From an uncultured virus (IMG/VR IMGVR_UViG_3300017722_003044) (Duplodnaviria; Heunggongvirae; Uroviricota; Caudoviricetes): a stretch of 20,000 nucleotides of DNA. Every line of letters starts with the position of its first letter. Positions within the stretch are counted from its first letter, which is position 1. The DNA lies in IMG/VR virus record IMGVR_UViG_3300017722_003044; one strand, 5' to 3'. Shown here in pieces: positions 1 through 8,012 of this stretch. The notes under the pieces were generated by a model, which saw only the letters and a program-made list of their open reading frames with translations, ran no database searches and was not told the DNA's origin. The translations under genes were made by a program, and so were the position numbers.

Positions 1-23
1 CAGGTCCTACACAAAGATCTCAT
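1..23 (-). CDS. 5' end of a divergently transcribed gene running off the left edge (M-R-S-L-C-R-T-C/W...), possibly a small Cys-rich/zinc-binding protein
   Basis: Reverse complement of 1-23 reads ATG AGA TCT TTG TGT AGG ACC TG. A minus-strand TAAATA (33-28) lies 4 nt upstream, the same geometry as the + strand late genes. Only 7 full codons are visible, so the product is a guess from the possible CxxC. Confidence 0.5.
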
Positions 24-27
24 AGCG

Positions 28-33
28 TATTTA
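28..33 (-). promoter_or_regulatory. Late-promoter-like TAAATA box for the divergent gene
   Basis: tattta at 28-33 is TAAATA on the minus strand, 4 nt before the ATG at 23. Confidence 0.5.
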
Positions 34-90
34 GCTGCCCTTTTTAGGCCCTTTTTGTTGGGTTTATCAGGCATCTTTTTGAGCTATCTG

Positions 91-123
91 AATAAATATA
101 TTCAAATAAGTCATAGATAGGAG
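91..123 (+). promoter_or_regulatory. Late-promoter-like AATAAATA (91-98) plus SD AGGAG (119-123) for the sheath gene
   Basis: One mismatch to the T4 late consensus TATAAATA. AGGAG is 8 nt before the ATG at 132. Confidence 0.65.
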
Positions 124-131
124 AAAATAAT

Positions 132-3100
132 ATGGCACTAGTATCACCAGGCGTACAAGTTACAGTAATAGACGAAAGTTTTTATACACCAGCGGAACCA
201 GGTACAGTTCCGATGATTTTCATTGCCACTAGGCAAAACAAAGCAAACGCCTCAGCCACAGGCACAGCAATAGGAACCACAAAAGCCAATGCTGGAAAAC
301 CTTTCTTAATAACTTCTCAAAGAGATTTAAGTGATACTTTTGGTGATGCAGTATTTGTCACAGACTCAAACAATAATCCAATTCACGGTGGAGAAACCAA
401 CGAATATGGTTTACAAGCTGCATACTCTTACTTAGGAATCAGCAATAGAGCATACGTTGTAAGAGCAGACATTGACCTAGCAGAGTTAGCAGCATCAGCC
501 TCAGCTCCTGAAGCAAATCCTGCTGCAGGCACTTATTGGTTTGACACAGGTAACACATTGTTTGGAATATTCGAATGGAACGCAAATCCAATCACTGCCA
601 CCAATGGACAAACATTTGCAAACAAAGTACCAACAGTAGTCACTGCTACAGAATTAGATCAACTTGTAGGAGACACTGCAGGTAATGCTCCAAAAAGTTC
701 AAGTGGAAAAATTGGTGATTATCTTATCAATGCTACCACAACATTTAATAATCTTTATTTTAAAAATTATCTTGGCACTTGGGTGCTAGTTGGCAGCAAC
801 GCTTGGAAAGCCAGTCATCCTACAATTTTAGGTTCTGCGCAAAATCCAGGAGCACTTTCAGGAACTTTTTCAATCAATGGCACAAACATTACAGCAGTAA
901 CTTTAGGCGCACTGGTCACTGCCATTAACGGAGCTGGCATATCAGGTGTTACAGCAGCAAGTGTCAACTCAGCGTTGGCAATATTTTCAACCACTAACAA
1001 TCTTGCAATAGCACTAGTGTCAGGCACAATATTAACAACTTTAGGAATCACAGCAGGCACTTACTACATACCATCAGTGACCACTGCTTCACACACACAG
1101 GTTCCATTGTACAAATCTACAGATGCAAATCCAAGACCTACAGGTTCTTTATGGATCAAGATTACTGCACCAAATCAAGGAGCTAGATTCAAAGTTAAAA
1201 AATTCAACGGAGTAACCAATCTATTTGAAGATGTGGCAGCTCCATTGTACAACAGCAATGAATCAGCTGTGTACAACTTAGATAGAACAGGTGGTGGAGT
1301 CAACATACCATTGGGTGCGTTGTATGTAAATTCCAACAACACCAGTGATGAAGTTGATTACAGAATTTTAAGAAAACAAAATGGTGGCGCTACAATTATC
1401 AAATCAAGTGTGATTACCACTCAGTTAGTAGCAGGCAATTACACATTCACAATGGCAGAGTCCAAAGTTAATCAAGAATCTTTAGATGCAGCAAAAACAA
1501 TCACTTTATCTTCAGGCACTTCAAATGCAATGGCAGGAGCTTCAGGTGATGCTAACAAAATTGCAACAGCCATTAATGCAGCTGGCTTTACCAACATTCA
1601 AGCAAGTGTGGACACTTTGAATCGCATAGTGATAGCACACAATTTAGGCGGCGAAATTAAAATCACTGACACCGATGATTTATTAAGTTTAGCAGGTTTT
1701 GTAGGAGAGTCCACTGACAATCTTTACAATGATGATGCTACTGACGGGTCAACCAACCCAGTGGTATTAAGAGCATCTAATTTTAAAATATTATCATATG
1801 TAGCAGGCACAAATAATCCAACCAGTTTGACTACTGATGGTAGATTATGGTACAGCTCTGTGGTAGATGAAGTTGACATAATGTATCACAATGGTACCAC
1901 TTGGAAGGGTTACAGAGATGCAGCAGCGTTTCCTAACACTGATCCAAACGGTCCAATTGTTTCAGCCACTCAACCAACTGAACAAAGCGATGAAACAGTT
2001 TTAGTGACTGGTGACATATGGATTGACTCCAGTGATTTAGAAAACTATCCAAAAATTTACAGATGGAATTCAATCACAGCAAGATTTACAGCAGTTGACA
2101 ATTCAGATCAAACCACTGAAAATGGAATCATATTTGCTGATGCAAGATATGGAACCTCTGGCACACTCAGTGAAGATCCTGCTACCATTGTAGCATTATT
2201 GACTAGTAACTTTGTAGACTTCGATGCTCCAGATCCAGCCTTGTATCCAAAAGGCATGTTGTTGTTCAACACACGCAGAAGCGGATTCAATGTGAAAAAA
2301 TTCATGAGAAACTATGTGAATGTAAATGAGTCTAACACTAGGTTCCCAGAATCTATGTCTGCTTATTACCCACACAGATGGAAAACTGAATCTGCAAACC
2401 AAGTGAACGGCGCAGGCACATTTGGAAGAAAAGCACAAAGAGCAGTTGTGGTACAACAGTTACAAGCAATGTTGAATTCCAACGATGCTATTAGAGATGA
2501 TGCATCAAGATTGTTCAACTTGATGGCATGTCCTGCTTACCCAGAATTAATTGGAGAAATGGTAACATTAAACTATGACAGAGGTTTGACAGCTTTTGTA
2601 ATAGGTGATGCTCCATTTAGATTGGCTCCAGACGCAACTTCTTTAAATGAGTGGGCCACAAACGTAAACCTTGCAGTGCAAGACAGTGATGCAGGATTAA
2701 CCACACGAGATGAATACTTAGGTGTATTTTATCCATCAGGATTTACCAGTGACAACGCTGGTAGAGATGTTGTAGTTCCACCAAGTCACATGATACTTAG
2801 AACTATTGCATTGAGCGATCAAGTTTCTTATCCTTGGTTCGCACCAGCAGGTACGAGACGTGGTGGCATTACTAATGCTTCTGCAGTTGGTTTTGTAAGC
2901 TCTGAAGGCGAATTTGTGAACACAGTATTGAATGAAGGTCAAAGAGATACATTGTACTCTTCAAATGTGAACCCAATCACAGTGATCACAGGAGCAGGTC
3001 TTGTTAACTATGGTCAAAAAACCAGAGCAAGAAATGCATCAGCATTGGACAGAATCAACGTGGCAAGATTGGTAATCTACATGAGAAGCCAGTTACAAAA

Positions 3101-3365
3101 ATTAGCTAAACCTTATGTGTTTGAACCCAATGACAAAATCACTAGAGATGAAATCAAACAACAAACAGAAAGTTTATTGCTAGAGTTAGTAGGCACTAGA
3201 GCACTGTATGACTTCTTAGTCGTGTGCGATGAGAGCAACAACACTCCAGCCAGAATAGATCGTAATGAATTGTACTTGGACATAGCAATTGAACCAGTAA
3301 AAGCAGTTGAGTTCATTTACATACCGTTACGTTTAAAAAACACAGGGGAAATATCAGGTTTATAA
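132..3365 (+). CDS. gp18: Contractile tail sheath protein (T4 gp18-like), enlarged by a long central insertion
   Basis: N-terminal 'LVSPGVQVTVIDES'. C-terminal sheath domain motifs 'YPWFAPAGTRRG', 'QRDTLYSSNVNPI', 'ALDRINVARL', 'YVFEPND', 'VVCDESNNTPARIDRNELYLDIAIEPVKAVEFIYI'. Good SD, and followed by a tube gene. Confidence 0.97.
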   Translation: MALVSPGVQVTVIDESFYTPAEPGTVPMIFIATRQNKANASATGTAIGTTKANAGKPFLITSQRDLSDTFGDAVFVTDSNNNPIHGGETNEYGLQAAYSYLGISNRAYVVRADIDLAELAASASAPEANPAAGTYWFDTGNTLFGIFEWNANPITATNGQTFANKVPTVVTATELDQLVGDTAGNAPKSSSGKIGDYLINATTTFNNLYFKNYLGTWVLVGSNAWKASHPTILGSAQNPGALSGTFSINGTNITAVTLGALVTAINGAGISGVTAASVNSALAIFSTTNNLAIALVSGTILTTLGITAGTYYIPSVTTASHTQVPLYKSTDANPRPTGSLWIKITAPNQGARFKVKKFNGVTNLFEDVAAPLYNSNESAVYNLDRTGGGVNIPLGALYVNSNNTSDEVDYRILRKQNGGATIIKSSVITTQLVAGNYTFTMAESKVNQESLDAAKTITLSSGTSNAMAGASGDANKIATAINAAGFTNIQASVDTLNRIVIAHNLGGEIKITDTDDLLSLAGFVGESTDNLYNDDATDGSTNPVVLRASNFKILSYVAGTNNPTSLTTDGRLWYSSVVDEVDIMYHNGTTWKGYRDAAAFPNTDPNGPIVSATQPTEQSDETVLVTGDIWIDSSDLENYPKIYRWNSITARFTAVDNSDQTTENGIIFADARYGTSGTLSEDPATIVALLTSNFVDFDAPDPALYPKGMLLFNTRRSGFNVKKFMRNYVNVNESNTRFPESMSAYYPHRWKTESANQVNGAGTFGRKAQRAVVVQQLQAMLNSNDAIRDDASRLFNLMACPAYPELIGEMVTLNYDRGLTAFVIGDAPFRLAPDATSLNEWATNVNLAVQDSDAGLTTRDEYLGVFYPSGFTSDNAGRDVVVPPSHMILRTIALSDQVSYPWFAPAGTRRGGITNASAVGFVSSEGEFVNTVLNEGQRDTLYSSNVNPITVITGAGLVNYGQKTRARNASALDRINVARLVIYMRSQLQKLAKPYVFEPNDKITRDEIKQQTESLLLELVGTRALYDFLVVCDESNNTPARIDRNELYLDIAIEPVKAVEFIYIPLRLKNTGEISGL

Positions 3366-3371
3366 TTAACT

Positions 3372-3392
3372 TATAAATACTATTAATAGGAG
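3372..3392 (+). promoter_or_regulatory. T4-type late promoter TATAAATA (3372-3379) plus SD AGGAG (3388-3392)
   Basis: Exact match to the gp55-dependent late consensus, in the sheath-tube intergenic gap. Confidence 0.8.
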
Positions 3393-3397
3393 AAACA

Positions 3398-4024
3398 ATG
3401 AGTATATCTACACTATCTAAATTAACAGTACCTTTGGCCAGCAACGCAAGTGCGTCGGGTCAAGGTTTGTTGATGCCAAAACTGCAGTATCGTTTTAGAG
3501 TATCTTTGGAAAATTTTGGCGTGTCAACACCAACCACAGAATTGACAAAACAGGTGATGGACGTAACCAGACCAAATTTATCTTTTGAAAAAATTACTTT
3601 GGATGTGTACAACTCAAAAGTTTATCTAGCTGGCAAACACACTTGGGAGCCTATCACATTAAATTTAAGAGAAGATGTCAACAACAACGTTCAAAAATTA
3701 GTGGGCGAACAGTTACAGAAACAATTTGACTTCTTTGAACAATCCGCAGCAGCATCAGGAGCTGATTATAAATTCTTAACTAGAATTGAAATATTAGATG
3801 GTGGCAATGGCGCATTAAGTCCAAACATTCTAGAAACTTTTGAACTGTATGGTTGCTATTTAGAAAGCGCCAACTACAATTCTTTAGCTTATCAAGAAAA
3901 CACACCCGTCAGCGTAACTCTAGCCATAGCCTATGATAATGCCATACAAACACCTAAAGGCACTGGCATTGGCACAGAAGTAGGCAGAACAATCAGTTCA
4001 TTAGCCACAGGCGGCGGACAATAA
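3398..4024 (+). CDS. gp19: Tail tube protein (T4 gp19-like)
   Basis: Directly follows the sheath gene, 208 aa. Tube-like motifs 'PKLQYRFRV', 'YLAGKHTWEPITLNLRED', 'ETFELYGCY', 'VTLAIAYDNA'. Confidence 0.9.
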   Translation: MSISTLSKLTVPLASNASASGQGLLMPKLQYRFRVSLENFGVSTPTTELTKQVMDVTRPNLSFEKITLDVYNSKVYLAGKHTWEPITLNLREDVNNNVQKLVGEQLQKQFDFFEQSAAASGADYKFLTRIEILDGGNGALSPNILETFELYGCYLESANYNSLAYQENTPVSVTLAIAYDNAIQTPKGTGIGTEVGRTISSLATGGGQ

Positions 4025-4043
4025 TCCATAATTAAATTGATTC

Positions 4044-4074
4044 AAAAAAGGGGTCTTACACGGCCCCTTTTTTT
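4044..4074 (+). terminator. Rho-independent terminator, potentially bidirectional
   Basis: AAAAAA-GGGGTC-ttacac-GGCCCC-TTTTTTT: GC stem with one G.U pair, a T7 tail and an A6 tract on the other side. Starts 20 nt after the tube stop codon. Confidence 0.9.
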
Positions 4075-4099
4075 ATTTACATAGCATAGATTTACAGCA

Positions 4100-4107
4100 T
4101 ATAAATA
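4100..4107 (+). promoter_or_regulatory. T4-type late promoter TATAAATA, 5 nt before the ATG at 4113
   Basis: Exact consensus just downstream of a terminator, where re-initiation is needed. No SD between box and ATG. Confidence 0.8.
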
Positions 4108-4112
4108 ATAGC

Positions 4113-5246
4113 ATGCCTAGTTTAATCAAAGGATTTTTAGATAACGTATTCAAAGGAGCTCTCAATCCCAAAGGTAATCTAGCAGATTATCAACACGCAG
4201 CAAGGATGTTTGTGGATGATAGTTTTAGACTGGCTCCAAAACAAAAATTTTTATATCACGTATCTTTTAACATCAATGATAAAGCTGCAATTTCACTTCC
4301 TAATTTTAATTCAACAGTCACTGAAGAATTAAACATGTTGGTCAAATCAGTGGATCTACCTAAGTATTCAATCACCACCACTACCAAACAACAGTATAAT
4401 AAAAAAAGAAAATTGCAAACAAGACTGGATTATGATCCAATCACCATTGTGTTTCACGATGATAATTATGGAATAACCACTGCCATGTGGCAATTGTATT
4501 ATCAATATTATTTTCGAGATGGCACTTACAGAACTAAAGATCGCTCAGGCAATGTGAACAGCACTGTGCCTCCACAATACAGCAGAGGTAGTTTTTACAA
4601 TGATGAAGAATTTAACAAATATAGATATGGATTAGATAATGATTCTTCCTATGCTTTTTTTAATTCAATACAGATATATCAGATGGCAAGAAAAAGATAC
4701 ACTTGTTATACCTTGGTTAATCCATTGATTACAGCATGGCAGGGTGACACATTAGCATATGGCAACAACGACACAGCAGCAAACCAGATGACCATAGAAT
4801 ATGAAACAGTTTTTATCAGCAGAGGACCAGTGCAAGCTGGAATTGCTCCAAAAGGATTTGGTGGCAGACACTATGATCGATCACCCAGTCCGTTATCATT
4901 AGCTGGTGGAGGGACTCAAAGTTTACTTGGTACTGGAGGAGTCCTCAGTGGTGTTGCTGACATACTTGGTTTTGGCGGCGGTAACAGTCCGTTTTCAGAC
5001 ATAGAAGGATCTAATTCAAGAGGTGGAGGATCATTGTTAAAAAAAGCCATAGGCATTGCAAACGCAATTAAGAATGCTAAGAGATTAGGCAAAGATGGAT
5101 TGAAGCAGGAAGGATTACAAGTGTTAAGAGGAGGACTAGAACAAATACAGAGAGGTGGAGTCAGCGGATTGGCCAACACTGTAATGCCAAAAACTAACAC
5201 AGCAGCAGGCAATACCACTGTGGCAAGTTTGAAACGAGGTTTATAA
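4113..5246 (+). CDS. Tube-fold baseplate/tail-tube initiator protein (gp48/gp54-like) with Gly-rich C-terminus
   Basis: 'LVKSVDLPKYSI...QQYNKKR...LDYDPITIVFHDD' and 'YTLVNPLITAW...MTIEYE' parallel the tube protein pattern. Adjacent to the tube gene. Exact T4 orthologue uncertain. Confidence 0.65.
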   Translation: MPSLIKGFLDNVFKGALNPKGNLADYQHAARMFVDDSFRLAPKQKFLYHVSFNINDKAAISLPNFNSTVTEELNMLVKSVDLPKYSITTTTKQQYNKKRKLQTRLDYDPITIVFHDDNYGITTAMWQLYYQYYFRDGTYRTKDRSGNVNSTVPPQYSRGSFYNDEEFNKYRYGLDNDSSYAFFNSIQIYQMARKRYTCYTLVNPLITAWQGDTLAYGNNDTAANQMTIEYETVFISRGPVQAGIAPKGFGGRHYDRSPSPLSLAGGGTQSLLGTGGVLSGVADILGFGGGNSPFSDIEGSNSRGGGSLLKKAIGIANAIKNAKRLGKDGLKQEGLQVLRGGLEQIQRGGVSGLANTVMPKTNTAAGNTTVASLKRGL

Positions 5247-5247
5247 T

Positions 5248-5757
5248 ATGCCAATTGATCCTAGATTATTAAGTCAACAAAATATTACAATACCAGATGA
5301 AGAAAGTGATCTGTACCAGATCAATGATGATATTATAAATCAAAATGTCAGCAATCAATCTTATGATGTGCCTGCGCCTACATTAACCTACAGCAATAAT
5401 ATTGGTCAAACAAAGATCAATGACAGTGCAGAACAAGTTAAAAATTTCTTTGACAAATATTTTGTTGAACCAATCAGTTTGCCAGCTGGTGAAGTAGATG
5501 CAGTGGTTGGATTTTTTGAAAAAAGAAAATTTGAAAAAACAGCAGCAGTGAGTGTTGCAACAATTTTGTTACAACAAGCAAGAATTGATAATGTGGATGT
5601 GTTTGTGTTATTAGACACACTTAAAGGAATTACAGATGTGCAACTCAGCAATGTAGTGACTGAGATTCTCAACGTGAATAGATCTAAAATTTCTACACTG
5701 GGATTCAAAGTAGAAAACACACAGAATCAATTTGAAAAACGTAACATAGTGGTATAA
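5248..5757 (+). CDS. Hypothetical protein, probably virion-associated
   Basis: 169-aa ORF packed 1 nt after the previous stop and 2 nt before the next start. No recognisable motif. The true start could be further downstream. Confidence 0.7.
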   Translation: MPIDPRLLSQQNITIPDEESDLYQINDDIINQNVSNQSYDVPAPTLTYSNNIGQTKINDSAEQVKNFFDKYFVEPISLPAGEVDAVVGFFEKRKFEKTAAVSVATILLQQARIDNVDVFVLLDTLKGITDVQLSNVVTEILNVNRSKISTLGFKVENTQNQFEKRNIVV

Positions 5758-5759
5758 TC

Positions 5760-6203
5760 ATGCCTAGACATTATGCTCAAGGCAGATTTTCGTTGAAAAA
5801 TCCAAACAAATACATGGGCATGAAAGATCCTTTGTATAGATCCAGTTGGGAATTTGCATTTATGAAATTTTGTGATGAAAGTCCTTCCATAGCTAGATGG
5901 GCAAGTGAGGCAGTGAAAATTCCTTACAGAAATCCCCTTACAGGAAGATACACAATTTATGTGCCAGATTTTTTTATCAACTATGTAGACAAAGGTGGTC
6001 AACCGCACGCTGAAATAATTGAAATCAAACCACAAAATCAAAGTATAAAAGAAAAAGTTGGCAGGAATGCTAACAACCAAGCCAGTTATATCTTAAACCG
6101 AGCTAAATGGGAGGCTGCCACTGTGTGGTGTCGTCAAAAAGGTTTAAAATTTAGAGTGATCAACGAAACCGATATTTTCCACCAAGGCAACAAGCGCCGA
6201 TAA
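5760..6203 (+). CDS. gp4: Head completion nuclease (T4 gp4-like, TnsA-N/PD-(D/E)xK fold)
   Basis: 'KNPNKYMG...YRSSWEFAFMKFCD...WASE..KIPY.NP......YVPDF...IEIKP..Q...N.AKWEAA..WC...G.KFRVINE' follows the gp4 family pattern along the full 147 aa. Confidence 0.88.
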   Translation: MPRHYAQGRFSLKNPNKYMGMKDPLYRSSWEFAFMKFCDESPSIARWASEAVKIPYRNPLTGRYTIYVPDFFINYVDKGGQPHAEIIEIKPQNQSIKEKVGRNANNQASYILNRAKWEAATVWCRQKGLKFRVINETDIFHQGNKRR

Positions 6204-6206
6204 ATA
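6199..6206 (+). promoter_or_regulatory. Late-promoter-like GATAAATA overlapping the gp4 stop codon
   Basis: TAAATA at 6201-6206, 8 nt before the ATG at 6215. No SD. Confidence 0.55.
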
Positions 6207-6214
6207 ATACTATC

Positions 6215-6706
6215 ATGACCAAAAAATTAGAAGATCTATTGAATCTACCAGAATCCCAAAACATTGTGAGTGATCAAAAAAACAAAGAAGAGCAGGAAAA
6301 ATCTTTAGAAACTCAAAAAGAAACTTTAAGGGATATTGCTGAATTTGACAAGATCACTGCGGCATTGCCCATGGTCAAAGATTTAGGTATCATGGCAGAT
6401 CAAGAGCTGGATGAAGTGGCCAAAAAAGCAATGTCTGCCTATGATGATCTGATGGATTTGGGCATGAATGTGGAAAGTAGATACAGCAGCAGAGTATTTG
6501 AGGTAGCAGGCAACATGCTTAAAACATCATTGGATGCCAAAGCTGCCAAAATTGATAAAAAGCTCAAAATGATAGACCTACAAATACGCAAACAAAAGAT
6601 GGATAGAGATGGTGGAATTGACGATTCCAACATGGTGCAAGGGGAAGGCTATGTGATCACAGATCGCAACAGCTTAATTGAAAAACTTAAAAATATGGAT
6701 AAATAA
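6215..6706 (+). CDS. Probable terminase small subunit (T4 gp16-like)
   Basis: 163 aa, helical. 'SRVFEVAGNMLKTSLDAK...KLKMIDLQ' resembles the gp16 central 'R.xEV...x.K' helices, and the tail 'ITDRNSLIEKLK' fits the family. Upstream of the large terminase. Confidence 0.65.
   Translation: MTKKLEDLLNLPESQNIVSDQKNKEEQEKSLETQKETLRDIAEFDKITAALPMVKDLGIMADQELDEVAKKAMSAYDDLMDLGMNVESRYSSRVFEVAGNMLKTSLDAKAAKIDKKLKMIDLQIRKQKMDRDGGIDDSNMVQGEGYVITDRNSLIEKLKNMDK
6698..6705 (+). promoter_or_regulatory. Late-promoter-like GATAAATA
   Basis: TAAATA at 6700-6705, followed by aacacat and the ATG at 6713 (7 nt gap). No SD. Confidence 0.55.
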
Positions 6707-6712
6707 ACACAT

Positions 6713-7321
6713 ATGGAATCAGAATTCAAGAAAATACTAGCAGAAAGCAAAAAAACCTATAAATTTAAACTAGGTCTTGCTGGTGAATTACCTACAGATA
6801 TACTAGACACTTTAAAAACAGCTTTGAGCAAATACGAAATAGTGAATTTGTCCAAAGGAAAAAAGACCCCTATTCAAGAAAGACCATTAGATTTTCCAAA
6901 GTTACAAAACATGGAAGTCACATATTTTGACGCTGAATTAGCATATCCTACCACTCCAGAAATTTTAGAACAATATGTCAGTTTAGTCACTAAGATGTCC
7001 AACAGTCACGTGAAAGCAATGACAGCTATTCAACATGCAGATTATCCTACAGACCAAAAAGAAGAACCATATGTGGCCAAGTTGGAATCTCCACTTGAAC
7101 AAGCAGACAAAAAAGCACAAGATCATGTGGGCCAAAAAAGAGTGATTGAAGTATTAAAACAGATGGAAAAAGATAAAAAAGCTATTACTCATGCCAAAGA
7201 AGATGCAAAAAACAAAAAAGAAAAACTAGTAATGGATAAAGAAGAAAAAGCTTCTCCATCACCATTAACCAAAGTAAAAAATGAGAAACCACAAGGTGTA
7301 TCTCTAGGCAAATTGAAATAA
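6713..7321 (+). CDS. Hypothetical protein, candidate head-internal/core protein
   Basis: 202-aa ORF with its own late box. N-terminus MESEFKKILAE/S resembles the T4 capsid-targeting propeptide. Charged, low-complexity C-terminal half. Confidence 0.75.
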   Translation: MESEFKKILAESKKTYKFKLGLAGELPTDILDTLKTALSKYEIVNLSKGKKTPIQERPLDFPKLQNMEVTYFDAELAYPTTPEILEQYVSLVTKMSNSHVKAMTAIQHADYPTDQKEEPYVAKLESPLEQADKKAQDHVGQKRVIEVLKQMEKDKKAITHAKEDAKNKKEKLVMDKEEKASPSPLTKVKNEKPQGVSLGKLK

Positions 7322-7324
7322 ATA
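7317..7324 (+). promoter_or_regulatory. Late-promoter-like AATAAATA overlapping the upstream stop codon
   Basis: TAAATA at 7319-7324, 5 nt before the ATG at 7330. No SD. Confidence 0.55.
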
Positions 7325-7329
7325 TTAAT

Positions 7330-7965
7330 ATGGATATCAGAGACATACTACAAAAACTTGACAAGGTTCAAAATCCCAAAGAGCTTACCAGCGAGATAGT
7401 TAGATCTAATCTCAATGAATCAGCAGCAATCAGTGTGAACATGTATGGTAATAATCCAGATGAAGTTCAAGCATTGTACAATATATTCAAAAACGCTGGA
7501 TTACAATCACCAATGCCAGCACCAATGCCAGTGCAAGTGGCAATGGCACCAAAACCTATTGAAGCGCAAGATAAACCTGTAGGTGAAGATGACAGATATA
7601 AAGCCAGCACAACTCCAGATCCTAAATATGCCACTATGCCAGACACAGTGGATCCAGTCAGCGATGATCTACACAAATCTAAAAAAATGTATGCTCGCAG
7701 CCAACCTGGTGATAATCCTATGGCAGTCAAAGAAGATGAGATGTCATTGGCAGAAAAAGTTAAAGCACAACTCACTCAAGACTATGCTGCTTACAAAGAA
7801 GGTGCTGTAAAAGGTTACTTGATGGACCTAGAGCAAGACGCTGCTGAAATGTCCAAAGATGAATTCATCAAAAAACACGGTCAACGTAATGCTAACATCT
7901 GGGATAGAGTAAATTCTGAAGAAGATCAATTTGATGGCAATACTGAAGACATCGACCTAGAATAG
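7330..7965 (+). CDS. Hypothetical acidic/Pro-rich protein, candidate head core or scaffold-associated protein
   Basis: 211-aa ORF with a PMPAPMP linker and several hydrophobic-x-E sites (LNE/S, VGE/D, VKE/D, YKE/G). Confidence 0.75.
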   Translation: MDIRDILQKLDKVQNPKELTSEIVRSNLNESAAISVNMYGNNPDEVQALYNIFKNAGLQSPMPAPMPVQVAMAPKPIEAQDKPVGEDDRYKASTTPDPKYATMPDTVDPVSDDLHKSKKMYARSQPGDNPMAVKEDEMSLAEKVKAQLTQDYAAYKEGAVKGYLMDLEQDAAEMSKDEFIKKHGQRNANIWDRVNSEEDQFDGNTEDIDLE

Positions 7966-7998
7966 TCAATCATTATAAAATCTCACAACTGTTGCAAA

Positions 7999-8006
7999 GA
8001 TAAGTA
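7999..8006 (+). promoter_or_regulatory. Variant late box GATAAGTA before the large terminase
   Basis: TAAGTA at 8001-8006, followed by ctacat and the ATG at 8013 (6 nt gap). One mismatch to TAAATA, same position as the other boxes. Confidence 0.5.
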
Positions 8007-8012
8007 CTACAT

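Noticed and set aside
5760..6203. Possible TnsA transposase or homing endonuclease, i.e. a mobile element
   Set aside because: Size, full-length motif pattern and position among morphogenesis genes fit the gp4 head completion family. No terminal repeats or other transposition genes.
7510..7556. Short tandem repeat CACCAATGCCAG in ORF211
   Set aside because: It simply encodes the low-complexity PMPAPMP linker, and there is no sign of a separate function.
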